Assembly (NCBI GenBank): GCA_043228905.1
Contig: JBHGNT010000021.1
Span: 1,178,001-1,242,000 of the forward strand
Length of the DNA stretch: 64,000 bases
Direction of reading: 5' to 3'
DNA from: Azolla caroliniana
Taxonomy: Eukaryota > Plantae > Polypodiophyta
Part shown: one piece after another, positions 13,671-25,222 of the stretch
Numbering within the stretch: position 1 is the first letter of the stretch
How the letters are laid out: each line of letters starts with the position of its first letter
Program-made: the position numbers and the translations under genes
The notes under the pieces: model-generated
What the model was told of the DNA's origin: nothing
Databases searched by the model: none
What the model saw: only the letters and a program-made list of their open reading frames with translations

Positions 13671-16600
13671 ATGTTATTACCAAAGTGCTGAAATGCGATC
13701 ACAATGGGGAGCCCAACCTTTAGTGCTCATAAGTGACCAAAAATAGATACAATTGAATGGGGCAAGGAGATCTCCTCAGTTCAATAGATCCAAGAACCTT
13801 CTTCAAGTGATCCACACAATTTCCATACATCGATATTTTTTTCCCTTTTCAATAGTTGATGGCTTTTAGCACCAACCATATGCGACAAACCTAATGCCTC
13901 ACAACACCAATGTAATATCCCACATGTTACACTACCTCTCCACACCTATCATATTGTAAATGAGGTGTCGTGTGTAAAGTGAACAATAAATGATGTTGCA
14001 ATTTATGTCAACAATCACACGAAACATAATCCCTGGTTATGTCTTTTATTTGATGTAAAATTATTATTAGTGCAATTGCTCACTATTAAAATACCAACTC
14101 AAGTTCACTATATCACAACATTAAATGTCAACATCTTTTGCTTTTGGTCAAATGCTAGTTGAGCTAATTGGCCAAAGTTAGATTCAAAGAACCAAATTGA
14201 ACTAGCCTAGCAACATTGTTGGAACAACACAATTGCATAGAGCATGATCAAATTTTTATATCTACTTGGTTAATGCTTTTTCAGAGCTTCCTGGCTCAAC
14301 AAAATACTTTTATGTCAAGTCATATTCCTTGGAGGTTGACGTCGCGTGTGGTACCTACCACTACCATAAGAACGAGCCCTATGAGCAAGGAGTGAACCAC
14401 TCTACTTGGTTAATGCTTTTTATATGTACTTGGTTAATGCTTTTTTTAGAGCTTGATGGCTCAACCAAACACTTTTATGTCAAGTCATATTCCTTGGGAG
14501 TTTGAGTTTGTTTGTTGTTTTGAGACCCTTTGAGTTATAGTTTAGGTTTCAAATGAACCCTACCTCATAAATATATAAAATAACCTTGTGAGAAAGTTCT
14601 TATGTGTTTGTTACAAATTTCATTATCATGGCTCTATCTATATATTAATACCATGAACATGCTTTGATAGCAATGTGATGGTTTTTGGAGGAAAATGAAT
14701 GTTGGGAAGTGTTCAACAAGAACATTACTTAATACTTCTAATAAACTTGTCGAAAGAGGTTCAATAAGAAGATTAACATGCTTAAATAAAGTTGTTACAG
14801 AGCTCTTCGATAGGAAATATTACACGAAATGTTTTAGAAAGTATAAGCATGAGATTTTGATGGAACGTGTCGAAAAGTGAAGAAAAGTAAGATTGATGAA
14901 TAAAACTGTGTTGGGAAATTCGATGATGTAAACATGTTGGAAAGTGTTCAATCATATGAAGCTTGATGAATAAATATATCTAGAGGAAAGGTGTTCAAGA
15001 ATATTGATCCTGTTGGAAAGTGTTCTAGACTAGGTAAATGTGTACACCATGCTTTTTAGATTAGGAAGAAAACACACACAAAAAGAAAACTAGAAAGTTG
15101 AGGAGGGACTCCTCCCCACACCTCAAACCCAATGTAATCAATGTTACGCTTACTTGGTCTTGACAAGGTCTCCATTTACACAATCGTGAACATTTGGTCT
15201 ATAACTTTATGATACTTTACCAGATAAGCCTTGCCCAAATTATTCTTCCCTTGCCCAAATTATTCTTCAATGTGTACGTATGTGCCTCTCATGTTTTGCT
15301 CTTGTCCGGATATTAAACATCATGATGATCACCATGTCATCCCACATGTGGAGTGATCATGCCATCACACTCATGTGTACTATACTCGTACATCAGAAAC
15401 CCACAAAGACTGATTACCCTCGACGGGCAATTATATATCTACTAAAAAGTTTCCATTGTTGACCTTGATAAGAATTTAAATATAATTTGTTTTGCAATGA
15501 TCCACATAAAAGACAAAAGACAAAAAAAGTGACTCAAAAAACTTTATAGTTTATCGAGGATAAACCTACTAGTGTTCAAAAAATTGTAGGGATGATGATT
15601 GTCAATTGAACATTGATTATCCAAAGGGGAGATATTCAAGTTAGAAAGAGGTTCCCTTTGTGTTGTATTGTATAGTTGGTATAGCACTATAGTATCTAAG
15701 GGTTGCAAAAATGCACATAACTGAATTTAAAGTCATTATTAATTACATTCAACATTATGAGTTGATTATTGTCAAAGAAGCTATGTTAATGATAATTACT
15801 TCATAGTTATTATGATTATTATTATTATTACATCAATAACTATAGAGTGTTATTGGTCCCTTTCAAGTTGATAATGACTAGAAGACTATTCCAACTAATC
15901 TATATGAGGGTTGTGGTGTGTCTTGAGTAGGAGGCAATTACCCTTCTACCCAAAGAATTTGCTCACACCTCTTATCCATGCCTCTCAATGCACAACATGC
16001 GCTTCACTGGGTCATTGCCTCAAGGACATCCACTTAAATATCTAGAGTGATACTTGCCCATAAGATTCATATAGTAACAGAACTATGCTACATGTGAATA
16101 CACCAATAAAGCAAGCCAACTTACTATGAAGATCATTGACAAACTATCCAAACAATGCACTAACCCACATGGTTAACGTAAAAGTGATTAGCGATTACTT
16201 AGAATAAAACATGATATAAACATGATCGTCGAGGATTGAATCATTTCCACTTGGCGTATCAGAATTGTTGACGTTGTATTGGTTCTACGTGGACATAAGA
16301 TGGTTGATCTCAATTGTCACATCCACCATTAGTTCTTGACAAGCTTAAGTAATATATACTCGTATGTCTGTTGTTGTCATGAGCATGTAATTTTGTTTCC
16401 TATACTATTTTTATTGTGTAAGAGTTGCAAGAGCCTATGATTTTGTGGCTTGATACAAAGGTCCATAATGTGAGGGTGGGGCAAAATATGAAAAATCGCA
16501 ATGAACGTGAAGACATGCAATGACACTTCAAACCCAATTTGACACATCACCAATATTAGTGAACATCATATTAACGCAGCAAGAACGTGTTAAATGCCCC

Positions 16601-16937
16601 CACTATGATAAACAACGTAACGTTAGTCATAGAAGTATTGGAACAAGGCAAGCAAGGCAAATAAAAAGTCGCGAATGCTTCATCAAAGACCTTAAAGGAC
16701 AAAAACTACCTAGTTATCCGTGGAAGAAAAGAAAGGTAAAGGTTTATCCTTAATAACAATGAGATGAAATCCATGTCGTTTATTTAAGGAAAATGGGCAC
16801 ATCCAACATTGAAATATAACACAAACAAGAGGATTTGTGACCAAATGTCTAAACTTCACTAGGAATAACTAAGTCTTCTTACATCATGTGAGAGAATTAG
16901 AAGATATAAAAGTATTGGGGGGATATCCTCTCTCTTT

Positions 16938-17058
16938 CCCCCCAAAAAACTCCTTCCATTAGTTATAAAATTTTACAAATGAGATTGTTATATACAAATC
17001 CCTGTAAGGACGCAATAGTTCCATCTTATGTGGATGCCCATTGACTCAAGAAAGGGAG
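16938..17058 (+). repeat. ~120-bp dispersed repeat, copy 2
   Basis: Matches 7366-7487. Confidence 0.85.
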
Positions 17059-17886
17059 AGGATGACCATTGTTGGATGAAGGTTGGTCGTTGTCTTTAAA
17101 ATCCGTCGGATCCGCCCGTGAGGCTATCATATTAGCCCTTTAGAGTAGTTACAAATTCACTCCAAATCTCTTGCATTAACGTTACTAGATGCACGGTTTG
17201 GTTGGAAAAGGCCCGTCTACATCCTTGTTTCCATAGAATCCAAAGAGTTATTGGGCTATCCAATTCCAACACAACTTGAGATATGACATTAATAGGAGTT
17301 TTGTGTCCGATATTGTCGATGGTGGGAAAAAAACCTCTTGTGCTTTTATCACCAAAGTCGACTCCTCCTCCTGATGTTCGTATTTGTCAACTGGGGCTTG
17401 CCATGATGTTATAGACCAAAATGAAGTAAAAAGAAGGAAAATAGATTGGATGGAAGAACCCGTTCCACCCGACCACCCCCAAGCTATGACCTAGACATAG
17501 CCAACCTACCACTGACGTCCCATCCCGCCGGATATTAGGATGACTAATACCTTGGAAGAGATAACACGATCGTCGAGATGAAAGCCTAGACCGCACCATC
17601 GGTGTCTAAGACAGTAGCCTTCCGACGTAACCCTTATGAGGGTAGCTAAGCCGCATATTTATACCTCTTCCTAGGCCCCTTGAATAGATGTGTCATTCTA
17701 AAAGGCTCTCCATTCATTGGTCCCCTTTTTAACATTAGTGAACATACCCTTCACTTATGTAAATATTAGCGACCTACTCTCACTTACGTTATGTGTACAT
17801 AACATACTCCCCTAGATTGCACTACTTCAAAAGATTGCACTCCTGCAATATAAAGTGAGGAAATTGTGCCTTAAGAGTATGTGCGT

Positions 17887-19004
17887 TGTCGTGAAGATCC
17901 GTCACTACGTGCGGATCGTGAGGTGGAACCGTCGGGGTTCTGGACCGGAAGGATTCAAAGTCGGTACAAGCTTTGGCACAAGCTTTAGCAAGAAAGTACT
18001 TAAGATAGATTGGGAAAGAGAGAAGTTGAGATTACACGATTGAGAGAGATTGATTGAACTTTTAACTTTAGATTTAAGAAACAAGTTACACCATCAATTT
18101 GATAACGAATTTCTTCTTCTTAATTTCATAATAAAAAAAAACGTGTTTTTTTTTTTCCTCCCCCTTCCTTCTTTTATAGATGCTCTCATGCATATGATGC
18201 ATGTGAGGGTACAAGACATGCATAAATTGCATGTTTGCCATTTGGCGCTTATGTATTACATGTGGTGCATGATAACCATGTCACTCATTTTAGCTCTCAT
18301 GTATGAGAATTGACATGTAAAAGTACAATGATAGAAATATAATTTCAACTAAATAGCATGGCTTAATGGTAAGCCAATTGATTCCTAACTTGGAGGTGCA
18401 AGGTTTGAATCCTTCCTTGCCCTCCTTGTATATGTATATATATTTATATATTTATTTATCTAGTCGTCGGACGTCGGTTCGTCGGTTACCGGTGCCTCGC
18501 CGGATACCGGTGCCGCCGCCAGATGTCGTTGGTTGCCGGTGCGTCGTCGGATACCGGTGTCTCACTAGCGCCGGATTGCCGTCGGATGCCGCCGGATCAC
18601 CGGCTCCATCGCCGGTTCGGTTTTGGTTGGCCAAAACCCTTTACGAGTAGCTAACCCACCTCCACTCTTAGTTCAAGTTACCTTGAACTCTCTATGCTCC
18701 ACACATAGACACAAAGATAATATCTTTTGCTCCACCTTATATATGATGAGAGCCGTATTTGTTGTGCCTATGTGGGATATCTCACAATTTTCTCTTTTCC
18801 TTTCACAAACTTTATACCCTCATATCTTGACATTTAGTTGTCCGTTTCTCGTGTAATAAAGTGCATTCGAAACCTCCATCATTTTGTACTTAGATATTAA
18901 ATTTATTTAAAATGTTATCTTCACAATTATTGTACTATGTGATTCATACTCGATTTCGTACGTTTTATGGGATTTTCACACTATTGCCGAAAATCTTCAT
19001 GACA
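17887..19004 (-). mobile_element. Solo LTR-like element of the TGTCG family with a 4-bp TSD GCGT
   Basis: 12-bp terminal inverted repeats TGTCGTGAAGAT/ATCTTCATGACA; GCGT at 17883-17886 and 19005-19008. Removing the element restores the host chromodomain frame. TATA (CTATAAAA) on the minus strand near 18175. Confidence 0.85.
18352..18420 (+). ncRNA. tRNA-derived Pol III promoter (A and B boxes) inside an LTR; not a functional tRNA
   Basis: A box TGGCTTAATGG (18359-18369), B box GGTTTGAATCC (18402-18412) in an AAGG/CCTT T-stem, 32-nt spacing. Acceptor and anticodon stems are poor. Confidence 0.6.
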
Positions 19005-19553
19005 GCGTGTTCCCATGTGGCATCATCAATAGGTTTATCCATCCATTTGATCTTGAATAGCCGAATCTCTTTAGAATGTAAATGTTTAACTGTACGAGAA
19101 TGAAGAATTTATTCAGGAATATGAGGTTTGTAAGCAAAATCCTCTAATGTTACAACATCTTGGATTGTGATGGCGTTATCACCAAAGCCTAAAAATGGTT
19201 TTAGTCGATTGACGTGAAAAACAAGATGAATACCAACGTTATGGGGTAAGGCAAGGTGATAAGCAGATGATCCAACTCGCTTAAGGATTTCAAATGGGCC
19301 ACAATATCGTGGGGTTAACTTAGCGCCCTTGCCCATAGACAATGACGTAGAGTCAGTAGGGACACGCAAAAAAAAAAATTGACCAATAGTAAATGAATGA
19401 GGACGTCTATCCTGATCAACATAAAATCGAGCATGATCTTGAGTTGTTCGAACATTTTCTTTGGCAATATGCAACATTTGGTTCATGTCTTGGAAAAAAT
19501 TGGGTGTATTGTCTAATGTATCATGATGAATAGTGACATCAACTAGGGCATGT

Positions 19554-20939
19554 TTTCATGGAGGATTCCGGCAAAAGGGGGAAAGGATGCCAAATGCCTT
19601 GAACGGAGAATTTTGGCCACAAGAAGGAGAACTCGCCGAATGCGTGTGCACACGGGGGGTGTGCAAGTATGCACATGAAAGGGGAGTCTTTATTAAAAAC
19701 AAATGTACATATTCAAGTATTTGTAAGTACTAGGTAGATAATGTTATAAGGTACTTTAATGTCCCTCAAAAAGAGGAGAATAAAGTGTGTGATGAGAGGA
19801 TATCGTGGGAAGATCTCTGCAGAAAAACGACTATCTTTATGATTGATGTAACGACCTCTCCTTGGGCTATAAAAGGGGAGGACAGAGAGAGAAGCGGGGG
19901 ATCGATCGCTTTGGAGGAGGATGTGTTGTCGGTTTGAGCTCGGAGTTTCCGGTTTCTGTCCTATCATTTTCGGTGTGCTATGTTGTCGACCGAGTCGGTT
20001 GTATTTTCTGTCATTTAATCCATTACTAGTTTGCTGTGTTGGAATCTCTCTCTGTGTTTGGGTCCACATTCTCACCTCTATTTTTGTACGTTTCTGCATA
20101 TTTACTTGAGTCTCCGAGCCCGTGTGCTCATCTTTCGGAATACGGTGACAAGCCTGGATCGGATACACGTTTGCAAGCCCGTGCGCTCCATAACTATCTC
20201 CGGCAACCAAACCGGAGAGTCACTGCAAGCCTGTGGTCTCCCTCCAGCTCTTTAGTCCAAGACCTCAGAGGTCTCGCCCCGATCAGACATGTGCACGTAG
20301 ATATCCGCGACATCTTTGATGAACCCGACGTGAAAAGGGCGACAAAGGAGTCAAGATGAGGGGAAGCGAGCTTACAGAAGCAATGACGATGGTTGTCGAC
20401 CACCTGGTGAATGCTCGAGAGAATGTGAGTGGCCTTGACAGGGCCATAGAAACGATAGTCGGCACAACGGGCCGATTCAATGATAAAGGTGTTTCGACCT
20501 ACTTGGAGGGTTATAAGGCCGAAATGTTAATGCGGGACATCCCGGAGGACAAACAACTGTCCGGATTCCCGCGAGTGGTCACAACGAGCATTCACACGGA
20601 TGTGCTCGAGATTCAGGCCAACTACATGAACTGGTTGGAGCTCAAGGGTGACTCCTCGAGAGGTACAACATCGATGACTCACCCCATATGTCGAAATAGG
20701 AGCTTATGGAATGGGTCGCGTCACCTAGCAAAGGAAGGAACACATCAGTGCTTTTCCAAGAGTTCGAGAAGCAATTCGTGCGACTGTTGGCACTGGACCA
20801 CACTGTGCTCGATACGAGCAAGGTCCTATTGTTTATCAAATTGGTTGATCCACTTGAATGAGATAAAGTTGGTCTCTTGTTGGAGACGGACAAGGGGCTC
20901 ACGACCGACTGGGCCACCGTGAAGAGAGTCTGCATTCGT
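19554..20939 (+). mobile_element. 5' part of a Gypsy-type element: 5' LTR (19554-20312), tRNA-Trp PBS (20317-20334), frameshifted gag (from 20356)
   Basis: TATA CTATAAAAGG at ~19868; the LTR ends in CCGCGACA; PBS TGATGAACCCGACGTGAA. The gag-like ORF MRGSELTEAM...RFNDKGVSTYLEGYKAEMLMRDIP continues in a shifted frame to TVKRVC and resumes (FDKRHEW) after 21640. Confidence 0.75.
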
Positions 20940-21639
20940 TGTCTGGGTAGTTGTGGTTCGTGTAGCAAAGTCGTAAGGACTAAGGTTAAAGGGAGTTGAC
21001 TAAATTTTAATAAGGCTTGTGTGGTGATGTTAGAAAGATTAAGGATAGGAAAAAGAAGAGTTAAAAGTAATGTGTGTGAGAGAGATGAGCATAGATGAGA
21101 ATAGAGACAATGTATGATTGACGAAATGAAAATGTATTATAAGAACATGTCAAACTTTACATTAACAATACAAGATTTTACCAAAGTTACAATGTTCAAT
21201 CACAAGATGTGACTTCTCTTTGCCGAACTCTTGATTTAAACCCTTGACTCCAACTTCGAAACACAAGACTCTTCGCAAATAAGCTAACTTGTTTGATTGA
21301 TTATTTATTTTTCTAACTTTCTCTTGATTGATTGATTCCCCTCTTTTCCCTTTTACTCTTTTTATAGGTGCCCCCATGCATACAATACATGTGAGGGTAC
21401 AAGACATGCATGAAATGCATGTGATGCATGATAGACATCTCGCTCATTTGAGGTCTCATGTACGAAAATAGACATGGGATAAGTATAATGATGGAAAGGC
21501 ATTTCTAGAAACGAGTAACCTAGCCTAGTGGCATGTACTTTGTACTTGGTAAATAAGGTTGAGGGTTCAAGTCTCTCAAATATTATCGAATACAATATTT
21601 AAGTTCATTTTTATATCGTGAAGCACATCCTTCACAACA
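20940..21639 (-). mobile_element. Solo LTR of the TGTCG family inserted into gag
   Basis: Termini TGTCTG...CTTCACAACA; flanks TCGT and CCGT. Shares the ttttatag.tgc..catgcata...gagggtacaagacatgcat block with 18170-18230. Confidence 0.7.
21521..21575 (+). ncRNA. Second tRNA-derived A/B box pair inside an LTR
   Basis: A box TAGCCTAGTGG (21521-21531), B box GGTTCAAGTCT (21564-21574), 32-nt spacing. Confidence 0.55.
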
Positions 21640-21641
21640 CC

Positions 21642-22003
21642 GTGTTGTTTCGACAAACGGCACGAATGGAACGTTGCAAGGTCGTCATCGGCTGGCCCGA
21701 TGTCGTGAGGATTTCCAATAACGGTGAGAAAACCGGGTGGAACAGGCGAAGTCGGTGATGTGCACTGAGTGCACATTCAAATAAATAAAATGTATATAGA
21801 AATAAAAAGGAAAAGGGACGGTGTTGTTTTGACAAATGGCACGAATGAAACGTTGCAAGGTCGTCGTCAATCGGCTCGATGTTGTGAGGATTTCCAATAA
21901 CGGTGAGAAAACCGGGTGTAATAGGCAAAGTCGGAGATGTGCATTGAGTGCACATTCACATAAATAAAATGTATATAGAAATAAAAACAAAAAGGGATGG
22001 GTG
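21642..22003 (+). repeat. 179-bp tandem duplication spanning a gag/LTR junction
   Basis: gtgttgttt begins at 21642 and again at 21821; the units align throughout. Confidence 0.9.
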
Positions 22004-22400
22004 CAAGTGCGTCGATAGAGTTAATGGATATAATAAGTGTGATGTGTACAGTGGCCCACATGCACATGTATAGGGTAGTGGGGAAGTGAGGGGGATTAAA
22101 TGTACTTCTCCCATCACCGCTCTGGATACGGAGGCAAATATTTGACCGACCTATAACGTGCCTCCCTCCTTGTGCTATAAAAGGAGGGAGGGATCTCTTG
22201 TAAAGGGGTTGCCCCCCCCCCCCCCCCCCCCAGTTTTTTTTAGTTCCCCGTTTTTTAGTTGCTCCGTATTTGTTTTGGTCTTGTTTTGTCTGTTAGGGTT
22301 TGGGGTTCCGTTTTGGGTGTTTAGGGTTGGTTCTACTCGGAGCTCGATGTGCCGAGGATTCCGATTCCTCTTCGTAGCCTATCCACTTCTCTATTGTCGT
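21701..22400 (+). mobile_element. Further nested LTR (TGTCGTGAGGA start), 3'-truncated
   Basis: Starts TGTCGTG after CCGA; TATA CTATAAAAGGAGGGAG at ~22176; T/G-rich R/U5-like tract follows. Right end uncertain. Confidence 0.6.
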
Positions 22401-22429
22401 CCTTTGATTAGCAGATTCCCAAAGCAATA

Positions 22430-23560
22430 GAGTGTTAACAATTTCATATCGCATAGTCCATCAACCCTTCATTCTATGGAGTATGTTGGCTTTATCTTGT
22501 ATTGCAACATTCTATGCTATTTCCTGGACCTTCTGCAATGCACCCCAATGGCAACCCCTGACTTGATCCAATTAGTTGACCAAATTCATCTATGATACGT
22601 GCGTTCCATAAGATGCATTGATTGAACCAGGCAGGTTCAGAATTAGGTTGATCGCACTTGAGCCCTCATCTTATGTCACACCACGCCTTCCACATGGATG
22701 CACTGAATATATCCTCCAATTGGCCTGAGAAACTTGGTTTGAGATCCATGTTTAGAATCCATCCTGTTTGGAGGGGCCAATTGGCCCTTTTTCATGGCTT
22801 ACAGTAAGCGAAACGTAACATCGATACCTAGCGTTTTCCAACAGTCATCCCCTGGTTGGAGTGCTCACACCACAAATTTGCCGAGTAGGGCTTTCGATTG
22901 TGAGAGGGGATCAATCAAACCCAACCCTCCTCTCGACTTACATAATGTGAGTATAGGTCACACCACCTTGGCCTAAGCTGCATGGTTTTCCTTACCATAC
23001 CAAATGTAGTTGCGTACCAGACGCTAAATCTGATGTATACTTTCCTTGGAGATTGTCCAACATGATAGGTTGTACCATGTTGTGAGTAATACCTGGTCTG
23101 CCAAGTTATGATGTGACCTGCTAGCAAGAGTTTTTTCAAGCTCCAATGTATCAACTTCTGTTGAATGGAGTGAATAATTGGTGCAATCATTGTCTTCGGA
23201 GGAATGTTGAATCCAATTTGGAAACCCAAATATTTGGTGCTCGTTTGATCGCTTGCAAAACAAGGATAATCCACTTTTTCACTTCTTTAGATTTTCCAAG
23301 TCCCCTTACATGTAGGTTGCGGTGTCATCTACAAATTCTATATCTAGGAGGCTTTGGTGAGAGTGCGGCACAAGAAGGCCATGTAGGTTTAGATGCCGCA
23401 AGTTGAGAAACCTATAGTGTGATTCAGGGTATAATAGAAGTAAGGGTGGAGCTAGTGGGCATCCCTAGACAGATCACGATATCCTTAAGTTTCGATAATA
23501 ATGTCTCCTTAGTCTCAATAGGCCTCCCTCACGCCCTTGTGATTTGCTATTCTACTATTT
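22430..23560 (-). mobile_element. Degenerate LINE (L1-like) ORF2 fragment
   Basis: ORF 22915..23274 has KYLGFQIG...QKLIHWSLKKL, typical of the region just C-terminal to L1 RT; multiple frameshifts. Confidence 0.65.
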
Positions 23561-24248
23561 CATCTGTAGGCAAATAATAGATACTTGATTCCCAAATTTT
23601 CCAAACTTGATAATGGAGCTCTTGCTCATTAGGTAGGTTTCAAGAGCTCTCTTATCGAATAAAAATAGTGTTGCCTCTTTTAGCGTGCACTGTTATTTTT
23701 TCATGCACTTAACCTTATCCTAGCATTGGTGCTCGATGCTTGTAAAATTATTGTTGAGATGTTCATGATAACCTCTCACTTAATTGTCGTTGTTTAGTGA
23801 GGTTCAAACCCTTGACACTATTGTTCTAGTGGCTAGCTCTTCTATTTTATCTACACCCAAATGTTAACTAAATGTTTACCTTCTTCTGAGGATCACTATG
23901 ATCATAATCCCAATCTATCATAAAACCTAGCATTTATACACTTTTCTCCCTTCGCGCACATCACATCACAATGTCGTCAGCATATGTAGGTACTACGTTA
24001 CCATCATTGATGGCCACTCACAACACATGGGTATGCTTGATGTGTAAGAAGAGTGAAGTATTCATACCACTACTTAAAGGGAGGGGGGGGGTATCATCAT
24101 GCCCTTCTTAACAAGAAGGTAACACTAAACATCTCAAAAAGCACATGTCACTAAATATGATGTTTAGTGTCACCTACAATGAGTCATTTCTATACTAGAT
24201 AGCAATGCTAAACGTCGTTGTAAAGAAATGCACGATGACATTTTTAAT

Positions 24249-24297
24249 TGTATGTATGTATGTATGATGTATGTATGTTTGTATGTATGTATGTATG
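24249..24297. repeat. (TATG)n microsatellite, left flank of solo LTR
   Basis: Direct observation. Confidence 0.9.
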
Positions 24298-25222
24298 TGT
24301 TGGGAGACAGGTCCCTCCGGATGGGAAGGGAGAAGAACAGTGCCGACGAACAATCTCGGCCGAGGCCGAAATCGGAAGAGGAGTACTCGGCTACGGAGAG
24401 CCGGATGATACAGACCCGGTATGAACCGGATGAGGAGTACTCGGCTACGGAGAGCCGGATGATACAGACCCGGTATGAACCGGATGAGGAGTACTCGGCT
24501 ACGGAGAGCCGGATGATACAGACCCGGTATGAACCGGATGAGGAGTACCTGGCTACAGAGAGCCGGATGGTGCAGACCCGGTATGAACCGGATGAGGAGT
24601 ACCCGGCTACGGAGAGCCGGATGATACAGACCCGGTATGAACCGGATGAGGAGTACCCGGCTACGGAGAGCCGGATGATACAGACCCGGTATGAACCGGA
24701 TGAGGAGTACCCGGCTACGGAGAGCCGGATGGTGCAGACCCGATATGAACCAGATGAAGAGACATATTCATAAATATGTTTCTGAGAGTCCATCGAGGTT
24801 ATGTTTGTAAATAGCCGAAAAGTCATATTAGTATAAATATGACTTAGGGCAAACTTTTAGTATGAGTTGTAGTTGTTGTCATTTTCTTGTTGGTGCAAGA
24901 AGAAGAGAGAGTACGTAACGTTGTACAAAGAGAGAGAGAGAGAGAAAGAGGTCGTTGCCTCTGTTGTAACCGCCGCCTGTGGCGAAGATCGTGAGTCCGA
25001 GGTCGTTGCCTCCGTGAACTCACTGTTTTGTACATTCTTACATAGTGACAGTTTGCAGCCTGTGGGCTGCCGTGGTTTTTCCCCTAGTTTGGGGTTTTCC
25101 ACGTAAACGTCCTGTGTATCTTCCTCTTCTTTGTGTCGTGTTCTATTTCCCGTTTTCTGTGTATCATTCTAAGCTCGGTTGTGGCCGAGCGTTGCGCATA
25201 AGGAGCCTTGAGTTCCCGTTAG
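24298..25222 (+). mobile_element. Copia-family solo LTR with internal tandem array
   Basis: Begins TGTTGGGAGACAGGTCCCTCCGGATG, matching the LTR starts at 1482(-) and 28520(-). Shares tttgtaaatagcc, gtataaatat, gttttccacgt and cggttgtggccgagc blocks with them. Confidence 0.85.
24378..24755 (+). repeat. 7 x 54-bp tandem array in LTR U3
   Basis: Unit gaggagtac(t/c)cggctacggagagccggatgatacagacccggtatgaaccggat at 24378, 24432, ... 24702. Confidence 0.97.

Larger units (their letters stand above)
17340..19553 (-). mobile_element. Ty3/Gypsy chromovirus 3' fragment (integrase GPY/F region + chromodomain, PPT, 3' LTR starting at 17804), interrupted by 17887-19004
   Basis: ORF 19109..19486 has KLTPRYCGPFEILKRVG..YHLALP..HLVFHVNRLK. 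The chromodomain KIKWMDKPIDDATWEH rejoins in frame to AHTLKAQFPHF across the insertion. PPT AGGGGAGTA precedes TGTTATG at 17804. Left boundary is approximate. Confidence 0.8.

Noticed and set aside
18352-18420. Functional tRNA gene (CCT anticodon-like loop)
   Set aside because: Acceptor and anticodon stems do not pair convincingly; kept only as a tRNA-derived promoter module.
24378-24755. CRISPR-like array or repeat protein (ORFs 24228..24773 and 24170..24826)
   Set aside because: Units are contiguous near-identical 54-mers with no unique spacers, lie inside an LTR in a plant genome, and stay open only because 54 is a multiple of 3 and the unit lacks stops.
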